A stretch of DNA of 64,000 nucleotides, taken from the NCBI GenBank assembly GCA_964016885.1, contig OZ024742.1:186062001-186126000 (forward strand), read 5' to 3'. Of this stretch, positions 13,374-24,130 are shown piece by piece. The translations under genes and the position numbers were made by a program. The notes below the pieces were generated by a model. The model had not been told where the DNA came from, made no database searches, and worked only from the letters and a program-made list of their open reading frames with translations. Source of the DNA: Eledone cirrhosa (taxonomy: Eukaryota). How positions within the stretch are numbered: the stretch's first letter is position 1; each line of letters begins with the position of its first letter.

Positions 13374-14225
13374 ACCGAACTTATATTCATGGAAATTTGG
13401 GACTTGACTCCTTCTTCCTCATTTTTCGTTGCTTCACCATCTTTGTTTGTTTACACTCTCGCTGTTCCCTTTATTTACGTGTCCCAACGACTTTCTTTAG
13501 CCGTTGCTCGCACCAACCGGAGGTATATGGTCTTTAAAGCGAAGAAATACCGATGATGGTTGGAAGATCACTGATGAAGGACCACTTTATTCATATGTAA
13601 CCCATTTACAACTCCGCAGCACGTTTATTCTCATATTTACACATATTTTTCCCCCGCTGTGACCCGTCTATTTCGTTCTTACTGCTTCCTCTTTCTCTGT
13701 ATCTTTACCCTCTCTAACAGTCACTCTCTCTGTTAGCGTCTTCCTCACCCTTCACTCACTCCCTCTCTGTTACTACCTCTACTCCTCCTTCTTCCCGTTT
13801 GACCTGTGCGTAATTCTTTTCTTTCGCACGCTTGGCCAGGCCGGTTCGCCTTTTCTCTCTCTCTCGTCTACGATTTCACAGAACTCATGTTCACCGAATT
13901 CACAGACTAGATTCCTTCTTCCTCCCGTTAGACCTGTACGGAATTCCTTCCTTGCTCACATTTCAACCAGGTTTGATGGTCTTTATTCTCTCTCGTTCAC
14001 GTTTTCACCGAACTTATATTCATGGAAATTTGGGACTTGACTCGTTTTTCCTCACTTTTCGTTGCTTCACCATGTTTGTTTGTTTACACTCTCGCTGTTC
14101 CCTTTATTTACGTGTCCCAATGACTTTCTTTAGCCGTTGCTCGCACCAACCGGAGGTATACGGTCTTTAAAGCGAAGAAATACCGATGATGGTTGGAAGA
14201 TCACTGATGAAGGACCACTTTATTC

Positions 14226-14228
<3 letters not shown>
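13374..14228 (+). mobile_element. Partial-tandem non-coding element (633-bp period), probable PLE pLTR/retrozyme relic
   Basis: 13374-13595 is repeated at 14007-14228. Each copy carries GAAGATCA-CTGATGA-AGG near its end, and the last copy runs into (TA)n. No intact GAAA half. Confidence 0.55.
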
Positions 14229-14267
<39 letters not shown>

Positions 14268-14416
14268 GGGGTAACAAATAATAGTTATATGCAGTCCACT
14301 TAGGCGTAGTCCAGTTATGGTACTCCGGGTAGTGGATGATATCAACGCTTGGCTAAGTTTGACTCAACAGGGCGTTTCCAAAGTGATGCTGCGAGTACGC
14401 TGTAATTCCTATGTTG

Positions 14417-14638
14417 TAAATCAGGAAAGAAGAGTGACACGGTTTGCTGTACAAAAAAGGTTTTTAATCATTCTCGCAAGCTCCGATGAACTGACTGGTT
14501 ATAATTTTGTATTGGCGATCGAGTAACGCGAAAATAAGCGGATAGCGATCTCTAGACCTACCAGTTCAGAGAAACAATTGTCAGCAATGAGATTAAAAAC
14601 CTTTTTTGTATAGCAAACCGTGTCACTCTTCTTTCCTG

Positions 14639-14642
<4 letters not shown>
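14417..14642 (+). mobile_element. Fold-back HHR-bearing element with about 52-bp inverted arms
   Basis: 14417-14469 is the reverse complement of 14590-14642, with an HHR between the arms. Confidence 0.72.
14473..14592 (+). ncRNA. Type I hammerhead motif, CCGATGA core variant, about 80-nt stem II domain
   Basis: GCT-CCGATGA-A-CTGACTGGT...ACCAGTTCAG-A-GAAA-CAATTG-TC-AGC. Palindromic stem III, GUC triplet. Confidence 0.68.

Positions 14643-14733
<91 letters not shown>
14642..14733. repeat. (TA)n microsatellite, left flank of the PLE
   Basis: Seen directly. Confidence 0.97.
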
Positions 14734-14737
<4 letters not shown>

Positions 14738-14851
14738 TAAGAGGAATTCCAACTTTGTCTGATTTACTCGTTTTATTTACAATCCTTTAAAATATATATA
14801 ATGGTATTATAATGAAATAGTATGATAGAATATTAAATTCTAAGTGTTAAT

Positions 14852-14890
14852 TGAACAAGTACTTTCATGCTTTCGCAATCTTCAGGTTCA
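14852..14890 (-). ncRNA. Minimal type I hammerhead ribozyme of the PLE pLTR (inverted copy)
   Basis: Reverse complement of 18100-18138. Confidence 0.88.
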
Positions 14891-15268
14891 TGATATGTGG
14901 TGACAGTCGAGTTTGCAATTTTCAACTGTAATGAGATGGGTAAATTTCCTACCTTTTATACATTTTATACAGAGAAAAGTGGCTCCAGAATGCAAAGCCC
15001 TGTAAACTGTATTTCGACCAATCAGTGTGTAGTTTCACTGAATTACTACAGCTGATTGGTTTAAGCGTCACGGCTGGTTGAGCATGCTAACGACCAATAG
15101 TCATATCCAACGTATCAATTGTTTTGCTTTTTTGAAATGATGAAAATAGCATTTTCTATTAATCATCACCATCAACATCACTTTTATTATTATTATTATT
15201 GTTGTTGTTGTTGTTGTTGTTAGTGGTCGTGGTCATAGTGGTAGTAGAAGTAATACCCCTAGGCGTTA

Positions 15269-16558
15269 TTATTGTTCATTTAGCTTGGGTTTGAATTTAT
15301 CAATAAAATTCTTTTCTTTGATTTTTCTCTTGATTTCACTTGGGCTGTGTAATTTGTAGAATGGGAATATTATAAATATTCCCTGACCACATGTTGCCAG
15401 GTGGCCGCTTAGGGGTATCTGACGGACATTTGGGTCTCTGATTTGTTGACGGTGTACCCGTGCACGTTCCGATAGTGCATTTCCAGTTTGACCGACATAT
15501 AGTTCTTCACAATTCGGGCATTTAATGCAGTAAATTAGATTTCTGCTTTTGCAGTTCATATTTGCATTTGTGAATATTTTTCCAGTTTTTGTTTTCATAT
15601 ATTGACCGGCGTGTATGGATTGACATGTGCCGCATCGATTATCATTGCATTTAGATACAGTGAATGATTGGTCTTTGTTGTTACGGTCAAACTTTGCTTT
15701 TGTTAGCAATTGCTTCAAATTTTTTGGCTGTCTTTTACTAAGAGTCAAAGATCGATCTGTGATTAAGCCTTTTAATTCATTACTTTGAGCAATGATCGGT
15801 AGGTTTGCTTTGGCAGTGTTGAAGATATTCTGGTGACATGGGTTGTGTGTCATTATAAATGGTATGACCAGTTCTTGGTTTCTTCTTCTTTGGGTTGTTC
15901 TAAGTTGTTGTATAGGTATTTTTATAGCCTGCTGTATGCCATTTTCTATAAGTAGAGATGGGTATTTTTGTTTGAGCAAAAATTCTCTTAGTTCTGTTAG
16001 GCGTTTGTACCTGGTATTCGTATCTTCTACAATGGTACAAATTCTTCTGGCTAGGCAGTATGGGATGTTGCGTTTTGTATGAGGTGGATGGCACGACTTA
16101 AAATTCAGATATTGATGGGTGTCTGTGTGTTTATAATATATATCCGTGGTAATGGTGGTGTCGTTTTTGATTATCATTATATCTAGGAATGGTAATTTGG
16201 TCCTACTCATCTCTTTTGTGAATTGGAGAGATGGGTGTAGGTTATTCAGGAGGATATTGAACTCATCCAGAGTATCTAGAGATTCTGTCCAGATGATGAA
16301 ACAGTCGTCAAGGTATCTCTTCCAAGATTTTTCAATGTACTTTCTAAAGTCAGTACTATATTTTTCCTCTATTTCTTGGTAGAGTTGTTGTTCTAAGTAT
16401 CCCATTACAGAGTTCGCGTAAACGGGAGCAAACTTCATTCCCATCGCTGTGCCTCTAATTTGGATGTAATTCTTTCCATTGAAGAAGAAAGTGTTGTTTT
16501 CCAGAATAAGTTTAACTGCGTCTAATATAAATGGCGCTGTGAATCTAATGGGAATCAC
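15269..16558 (-). pseudogene. 5'-truncated PLE RT/GIY-YIG ORF (inverted copy)
   Basis: Matches the C-terminal 429 aa of 19670-21856 except for a few residues; lacks RT motif A. Confidence 0.92.
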
Positions 16559-16584
16559 TTCTCTATGTTTACGCGAACTCTGTA

Positions 16585-17721
16585 ATGGGATACTTAGAAC
16601 AACAACTCTACCAAGAAATAGAGGAAAAATATAGTACTGACTTTAGAAAGTACATTGAAAAATCTTGGAAGAGATACCTTGACGACTGTTTCATCATCTG
16701 GACAGAATCTCTAGATACTCTGGATGAGTTCAATATCCTCCTGAATAACCTACACCCATCTCTCCAATTCACAAAAGAGATGAGTAGGACCAAATTACCA
16801 TTCCTAGATATAATGATAATCAAAAACGACACCACCATTACCACGGATATATATTATAAACACACAGACACCCATCAATATCTGAATTTTAAGTCGTGCC
16901 ATCCACCTCATACAAAACGCAACATCCCATACTGCCTAGCCAGAAGAATTTGTACCATTGTAGAAGATACGAATACCAGGTACAAACGCCTAACAGAACT
17001 AAGAGAATTTTTGCTCAAACAAAAATACCCATCTCTACTTATAGAAAATGGCATACAGCGGGCTATAAAAATACCTATACAACAACTTAGAACAACCCAA
17101 AGAAGAAGAAACCAAGAACTGGTCATACCATTTATAATGACACACAACCCATGTCACCAGAATATCTTCAACACTGCCAAAGCAAACCTACCGATCATTG
17201 CTCAAAGTAATGAATTAAAAGGCTTAATCACAGATCGATCTTTGACTCTTAGTAAAAGACAGCCAAAAAATTTGAAGCAATTGCTAACAAAAGCAAAGTT
17301 TGACCTTAACAACAAAGACCAATCATTCACTGTATCTAAATGCAATGATAATCGATGCGGCACATGTCAATCCATACACGCCGGTCAATATATGAAAACA
17401 AAAACTGGAAAAATATTCACAAATGCAAATATGAACTGCAAAAGCAGAAATCTAATTTACTGCATTAAATGCCCGAATTGTGAAGAACTATATGTCGGTC
17501 AAACTGGAAATGCACTATCGGAACGTGCACGGGTACACCGTCAACAAATCAGAGACCCAAATGTCCGTCAGATACCCCTAAGCGGCCACCTGGCAACATG
17601 TGGTCAGGGAATATTTATAATATTCCCATTCTACAAATTACACAGCCCAAGTGAAATCAAGAGAAAAATCAAAGAAAAGAATTTTATTGATAAATTCAAA
17701 CCCAAGCTAAATGAACAATAA
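16585..17721 (+). pseudogene. 5'-truncated PLE RT/GIY-YIG ORF (partial tandem copy)
   Basis: Matches the C-terminal 378 aa of 19670-21856 except L/R at RSLT(L/R)S. Confidence 0.92.
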
Positions 17722-17889
17722 TAACGCCTAGGGGTATTACTTCTACTACCACTATGACCACGACCACTAACAACAACAACAACAACAACAATAATAATAA
17801 TAATAAAAGTGATGTTGATGGTGATGATTAATAGAAAATGCTATTTTCATCATTTCAAAAAAGCAAAACAATTGATACGTTGGATATGA

Positions 17890-18036
17890 CTATTGGTCGT
17901 TAGCATGCTCAACCAGCCGTGACGCTTAAACCAATCAGCTGTAGTAATTCAGTGAAACTACACACTGATTGGTCGAAATACAGTTTACAGGGCTTTGCAT
18001 TCTGGAGCCACTTTTCTCTGTATAAAATGTATAAAA
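17890..18036 (+). promoter_or_regulatory. Putative pLTR Pol II promoter
   Basis: CCAAT/ATTGG boxes at 17892, 17931 and 17968, TGACG at 17920, TATAAAA at 18021 and 18030, about 310 bp upstream of the ORF1 ATG. Confidence 0.5.
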
Positions 18037-18099
18037 GGTAGGAAATTTACCCATCTCATTACAGTTGAAAATTGCAAACTCGACTGTCACCACATATCA

Positions 18100-18138
18100 T
18101 GAACCTGAAGATTGCGAAAGCATGAAAGTACTTGTTCA
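18100..18138 (+). ncRNA. Minimal type I hammerhead ribozyme of the PLE pLTR
   Basis: TGAAC-CTGAAGA-T-TGC(GAAA)GCA-T-GAAA-GTAC-TT-GTTCA. Palindromic stem III AGTACT; predicted cleavage after CUU at 18133. Confidence 0.9.
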
Positions 18139-18342
18139 ATTAACACTTAGAATTTAATATTCTATCATACTATTTCATTATAATACCATTATATATATTT
18201 TAAAGGATTGTAAATAAAACGAGTAAATCAGACAAAGTTGGAATTCCTCTTATTAATATAATCTTCTATACACAATCATACACACCCGTGTATATTTACC
18301 TATCTATATCTATATATATATTCCTATTGTGTATATGCCAAC

Positions 18343-18606
18343 ATGTCTGGAAAGCAACAAATGAAACCAACAGAATCAGAAAGAATTCTAAAGGAGATAT
18401 CATCGAAATTATCAACACTTATCACGATGATGGACACACAATCCTCTATTTTAAAGGAAATAGAAAAACAATCTACAGACGGAAAACTTATAACTGAACA
18501 TATAAACTCTGAAATTAAGAATTTAGCTGAAATTATACCAACAGTTATCAAAGATACAAGAGAAAGCCTACCACAACCACAACATGGAAAAAATTCCTTA
18601 ACATAA
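18343..18606 (+). CDS. PLE ORF1 N-terminal part (ORF1a), helical/coiled-coil-like
   Basis: ATG just downstream of the pLTR, amphipathic sequence; overlaps the -1 frame that is open from 18531. Confidence 0.6.
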   Translation: MSGKQQMKPTESERILKEISSKLSTLITMMDTQSSILKEIEKQSTDGKLITEHINSEIKNLAEIIPTVIKDTRESLPQPQHGKNSLT

Positions 18607-19622
18607 GAAAACAAAATTTCTGGAAAGCATACAGATGCGAAAAATATGTCGAAACACATTCGAAATGGCTCTCTCTAACGGCACCCATACTCCCTCGTAA
18701 ATACCTAATTACAGAAATTGCAGGAGAACCAGAAGAAGAAACAAAACTCCGATGGGAACTTACATTGACAAAATTCAGGACCGACATCTCCATTTCTGAA
18801 TGTAAACAATCCCGCTACAAAGCCAAATATGAAGCTATTGATGACCAAATTGAAGTTGAAATTTCAAAGCTAACGACTGGTATTATAGCTGAAAAACTAC
18901 GAGAACTATGGATCGGAGATATCTCAAAAGAAGAAAACAAATCAAGAAAGGTATGGCAGCAGAAACAATTATTTCTCGATGAATATGCTGCAAATTACGG
19001 TAAAGACTCTGGAACCCTGAGAAAAAGCATTAAAAGTGGACAATCTCATCAACACAACATACGCCAGAACACGTGCCAACACAAACACTCACCTTACCTT
19101 GAATCAAAGAAGAACTACGGTAATAACTCTTCGCTTTTTCTACAAAAACACCCTATCGCACACAACATGAACAAAAAGCACAAACACGATAGGTATTCCT
19201 TTGACCAGACCATGAGAAGTAGTAAAACCAGGAGATCATTCTCAAGATCTCAACAGAGACTACCAACAAGGAATGTGGAAACAAAACGTAGAATAACCAG
19301 ATCACTCTCAAGATCTCAACAGAGATTGCCCACAAGAAACTGGACGAAAAAACGATCTAAACCTGAAAGCAAACCTAGGTCATTTTCCCAGATTGTTAAA
19401 AATAATGCTAACAGGAAGAAAAATAATATACAGAATACCAAAAATAGGACAAAATACATAACGAAACCAAATATAATATCACGACCAAAAGTTCATCAAG
19501 CGAACACCAACAGGAATATAAATCCTGAACAGAGAAAAATTCATTTTTTAACGTCAGGACAACAAAAACCGGAAAAAGAAAAACTCCAGGAGGAAACATA
19601 CCCAAAACAGCTGTACACGTAG
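18531..19622 (+). CDS. PLE ORF1 main part (ORF1b; stop-to-stop frame, no initiating ATG nearby), basic C-terminal half
   Basis: Open frame WKKFLNIRKQNFWKAYR..W...LPRKY..GEPEEE continues into the listed 285-aa ORF. Internal 66-bp duplication RS(F/L)SRSQQRLPTRN. Confidence 0.7.
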   Translation, partial: NYTNSYQRYKRKPTTTTTWKKFLNIRKQNFWKAYRCEKYVETHSKWLSLTAPILPRKYLITEIAGEPEEETKLRWELTLTKFRTDISISECKQSRYKAKYEAIDDQIEVEISKLTTGIIAEKLRELWIGDISKEENKSRKVWQQKQLFLDEYAANYGKDSGTLRKSIKSGQSHQHNIRQNTCQHKHSPYLESKKNYGNNSSLFLQKHPIAHNMNKKHKHDRYSFDQTMRSSKTRRSFSRSQQRLPTRNVETKRRITRSLSRSQQRLPTRNWTKKRSKPESKPRSFSQIVKNNANRKKNNIQNTKNRTKYITKPNIISRPKVHQANTNRNINPEQRKIHFLTSGQQKPEKEKLQEETYPKQLYT

Positions 19623-19669
19623 ATCCTAAAATAATTAATTTATCTAAAAGAGATCTTGACAATGATGAA

Positions 19670-21856
19670 ATGCAAATTCTGTCAAAAGGACTGAAATTCA
19701 CACCGACTCCAACAGTCAACCACCAAGAACTGAAGGAGGATACCCAAGAATTCTGTCGAAAATTACGTCTTGTAGAATTCTTCGCTGATAAAAATAATGA
19801 GAGTGATGAATCACTAGTAAAGAATAAATCAAATTTCACTCCGCCAAAAGGAAGAAATATCTATCTCGACCAATACATTGACATCCTGTCTAAATTTCCT
19901 CTTAGACATAATACTAATGTTAGGCCAAACATTAACAAATCAGAAATGTCTGCACTTAAACGTATACAAAATGATAAAACAATAATAATTAAACAAGCAG
20001 ATAAAGGGGGTGCAGTTGTTATAATGGATACTGAATACTACAAGGATTTGGTTGAGGAACAACTGAAAGACACAACATTCTATCATGAAATACCGTCAAA
20101 TATAGACCACAACATCATGAAGAAGATCAACAACCTGGCTTCAAAATACCACAACTCATTTACTGATAAGGAAAGAGACTACATCACCAATTTTGAGCCG
20201 AAACGCAGCAACCTGTATGGCCTACCGAAAGTTCACAAGTCAAAAGAAATACAACTGGCAGTAAGAGAACAAAACAGTGAGTACATTAAATTATTACACC
20301 CAAAAGACTTAAAACTTAGACCTATTATAGCTGGTCCAACATGCCCCACTCACCGTCTAAGCAATTTTGTTGACATTATTTTGAAACCACTATGTATTCA
20401 CATACCCAGTTTCATCCGGGATGATATCGACTTCCTGTCCCATCTTCCCAAAACCACGGAAACGAATTCACTTCTACTCAGTTTTGATGTGGTAAGCCTT
20501 TACACCAACATTACACATGATTTAGGAATAAAGGCGGTTAAATACTGGGTGGAAAAACATAGAGAAGTGATTCCCATTAGATTCACAGCGCCATTTATAT
20601 TAGACGCAGTTAAACTTATTCTGGAAAACAACACTTTCTTCTTCAATGGAAAGAATTACATCCAAATTAGAGGCACAGCGATGGGAACGAAGTTTGCTCC
20701 CGTTTACGCGAACTCTGTAATGGGATACTTAGAACAACAACTCTACCAAGAAATAGAGGAAAAATATAGTACTGACTTTAGAAAGTACATTGAAAAATCT
20801 TGGAAGAGATACCTTGACGACTGTTTCATCATCTGGACAGAATCTCTAGATACTCTGGATGAGTTCAATATCCTCCTGAATAACCTACACCCATCTCTCC
20901 AATTCACAAAAGAGATGAGTAGGACCAAATTACCATTCCTAGATATAATGATAATCAAAAACGACACCACCATTACCACGGATATATATTATAAACACAC
21001 AGACACCCATCAATATCTGAATTTTAAGTCGTGCCATCCACCTCATACAAAACGCAACATCCCATACTGCCTAGCCAGAAGAATTTGTACCATTGTAGAA
21101 GATACGAATACCAGGTACAAACGCCTAACAGAACTAAGAGAATTTTTGCTCAAACAAAAATACCCATCTCTACTTATAGAAAATGGCATACAGCGGGCTA
21201 TAAAAATACCTATACAACAACTTAGAACAACCCAAAGAAGAAGAAACCAAGAACTGGTCATACCATTTATAATGACACACAACCCATGTCACCAGAATAT
21301 CTTCAACACTGCCAAAGCAAACCTACCGATCATTGCTCAAAGTAATGAATTAAAAGGCTTAATCACAGATCGATCTTTGACTCGTAGTAAAAGACAGCCA
21401 AAAAATTTGAAGCAATTGCTAACAAAAGCAAAGTTTGACCTTAACAACAAAGACCAATCATTCACTGTATCTAAATGCAATGATAATCGATGCGGCACAT
21501 GTCAATCCATACACGCCGGTCAATATATGAAAACAAAAACTGGAAAAATATTCACAAATGCAAATATGAACTGCAAAAGCAGAAATCTAATTTACTGCAT
21601 TAAATGCCCGAATTGTGAAGAACTATATGTCGGTCAAACTGGAAATGCACTATCGGAACGTGCACGGGTACACCGTCAACAAATCAGAGACCCAAATGTC
21701 CGTCAGATACCCCTAAGCGGCCACCTGGCAACATGTGGTCAGGGAATATTTATAATATTCCCATTCTACAAATTACACAGCCCAAGTGAAATCAAGAGAA
21801 AAATCAAAGAAAAGAATTTTATTGATAAATTCAAACCCAAGCTAAATGAACAATAA
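19670..21856 (+). CDS. PLE reverse transcriptase + GIY-YIG endonuclease (frame open from 19529)
   Basis: IINLS..ILSKGLKFTPTP, DKGG, YGLPKVHK, LRPII, SFDVVSLYTNI, GTAMG, RYLDD, LPFLD, CxxxxCxxC linker, LIYCIKCPNC..YVGQT..R..H..H. Confidence 0.97.
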   Translation: MQILSKGLKFTPTPTVNHQELKEDTQEFCRKLRLVEFFADKNNESDESLVKNKSNFTPPKGRNIYLDQYIDILSKFPLRHNTNVRPNINKSEMSALKRIQNDKTIIIKQADKGGAVVIMDTEYYKDLVEEQLKDTTFYHEIPSNIDHNIMKKINNLASKYHNSFTDKERDYITNFEPKRSNLYGLPKVHKSKEIQLAVREQNSEYIKLLHPKDLKLRPIIAGPTCPTHRLSNFVDIILKPLCIHIPSFIRDDIDFLSHLPKTTETNSLLLSFDVVSLYTNITHDLGIKAVKYWVEKHREVIPIRFTAPFILDAVKLILENNTFFFNGKNYIQIRGTAMGTKFAPVYANSVMGYLEQQLYQEIEEKYSTDFRKYIEKSWKRYLDDCFIIWTESLDTLDEFNILLNNLHPSLQFTKEMSRTKLPFLDIMIIKNDTTITTDIYYKHTDTHQYLNFKSCHPPHTKRNIPYCLARRICTIVEDTNTRYKRLTELREFLLKQKYPSLLIENGIQRAIKIPIQQLRTTQRRRNQELVIPFIMTHNPCHQNIFNTAKANLPIIAQSNELKGLITDRSLTRSKRQPKNLKQLLTKAKFDLNNKDQSFTVSKCNDNRCGTCQSIHAGQYMKTKTGKIFTNANMNCKSRNLIYCIKCPNCEELYVGQTGNALSERARVHRQQIRDPNVRQIPLSGHLATCGQGIFIIFPFYKLHSPSEIKRKIKEKNFIDKFKPKLNEQ

Positions 21857-22234
21857 TAACGCCTAGGGGTATTACTTCTACTACCACTATGACCACGACC
21901 ACTAACAACAACAACAACAACAACAATAATAATAATAATAAAAGTGATGTTGATGGTGATGATTAATAGAAAATGCTATTTTCATCATTTCAAAAAAGCA
22001 AAACAATTGATACGTTGGATATGACTATTGGTCGTTAGCATGCTCAACCAGCCGTGACGCTTAAACCAATCAGCTGTAGTAATTCAGTGAAACTACACAC
22101 TGATTGGTCGAAATACAGTTTACAGGGCTTTGCATTCTGGAGCCACTTTTCTCTGTATAAAATGTATAAAAGGTAGGAAATTTACCCATCTCATTACAGT
22201 TGAAAATTGCAAACTCGACTGTCACCACATATCA

Positions 22235-22273
22235 TGAACCTGAAGATTGCGAAAGCATGAAAGTACTTGTTCA
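22235..22273 (+). ncRNA. Minimal type I hammerhead ribozyme of the 3' pLTR
   Basis: Identical to 18100-18138. Confidence 0.9.
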
Positions 22274-22443
22274 ATTAACACTTAGAATTTAATATTCTAT
22301 CATACTATTTCATTATAATACCATTATATATATTTTAAAGGATTGTAAATAAAACGAGTAAATCAGACAAAGTTGGAATTCCTCTTATTAATATAATCTT
22401 CTATACACAATCATACACACCCGTGTATATTTACCTATCTATA

Positions 22444-22785
<342 letters not shown>

Positions 22786-23096
22786 GTTGTTATATAGTAA
22801 GGTGCAATATTGGTTGTGTAAAATTCCAATCATTTAATCACGACACATGTTTCAATAAGAGATAGATCGATTGTGAAGCCACGATCAATTATCACTGATC
22901 TCATCAGGTGAAAATGAATTGTCTTCAAATTTCTTGATATGAGGGAGAAAAAACGATGTTACCTCGCATAATTCATTCCCTCATATGAGATCAGTGATAT
23001 TTGATCGTGGCTTCACAATCGATCTATCTCTTATTGAAACATGTGTCGTGATTAAATGATTGGAATTTTACCTTGCCTTCGGATTTTCATTTTGAT
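22786..23096 (-). mobile_element. HHR-bearing family B copy 2 with inverted arm (22985-23096)
   Basis: Homologous to 8511-8850; 22985-23070 is the reverse complement of 22818-22904; (TA)n flanks. Confidence 0.78.
22838..22911 (-). ncRNA. Type I hammerhead ribozyme with extended stem II (family B)
   Basis: Minus strand reads TCAC-CTGATGA-[hairpin]-GAAA-CATGTG-TC-GTGA. Confidence 0.8.
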
Positions 23097-23778
23097 TCAT
23101 ATATATATATATATACAACGAATATATATATATATATATACAAACGAAGGACACAGAACTCCATGGTCATCGGCCGTTGAGATGGACTTGGGTAGTTTCG
23201 ACCCCTACCATATATATATATGCGCACATGCGTCCGTACTTGTGTGTGTGTGTGTGTGTGCGTGTTTATGTCCCGTAATTTAATAGTTGGACCCAAAAAA
23301 TAAGTTATCGAAAAAAATAGGTACCACATTTGAAAAATAATTATTCGGGATCGATATGATCGATTAACTAAAAACTGTGCTCCCACATGGCTTTAGTCTC
23401 TAATGACTTAAACCAATAATAGAATGAAATTATATTTATAAACAGAGACACGAACGATAAACAACAATCACAACGTTTCTCACGCAAAATTTACGAATTA
23501 GAAAACAATATTTAATTAAACCAGACACGTTTGGTAATTCGCGACATGTAGTGTAAATTGCTTTTCACACTATTGACAAAATAATATTATTTATTCGACA
23601 CTATTAAAGATCAATAACTACATCGCTTTAATCAAAGTATTGATTTGTTCGGATTAGACACGGGTCAGTTTATAAAGAAGCGAGTAATCGTTGATGGTAA
23701 AAGGTCCACAGTACATTGCTGGTATTTGACATTGGAACATATACATAATACTGTAACTAAATATTGTAAGGTGTTCAG

Positions 23779-24130
23779 TGTGTAGCAACAGTTGCCTCCC
23801 TTGTTATGACAATCACATCACCGCTCTCTAGACAGGAAGTAGCTGGAGTTACTTCCCGTTGGGGTGGCAGAACCCTTTTTGTCACTTCCGTCCTGGGACC
23901 CTATAAAAGGGATAGGTCAGGGCGATCTCACTCTCTTCTAACTAGCCTGGCCCTTCGGCCAGGCGAGTTCGCCTGGCAACCCTAACATGATCTCTTGCGA
24001 GCTAACTTCAAAACGGTAACAAATAACTTTATCATTCTTTCATCTACTCATGGACATGTCAACTATATAACTTCAACTTGTTAATTAAACTTTATACACA
24101 CAACCTAGTGTCTTGCTATATTCATACACA
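23779..24130 (+). mobile_element. Possible solo LTR
   Basis: TGTGTA...TACACA termini, TATAAAA near 23901, ATTAAA near 24085, imperfect 4-bp flanks TCAG/CCAG. Confidence 0.45.

Noticed and set aside
15843-17147. Small antisense and alternate-frame ORFs inside the PLE RT (also 20743-21282, 18324-18793, 19153-19839)
   Set aside because: Shadow frames; they recur only because the DNA is triplicated.
21857-22230. SECIS/selenoprotein recoding as in some Naiad PLEs
   Set aside because: The RT-EN ORF has no in-frame TGA, ends in TAA TAA, and I saw no convincing SECIS fold.
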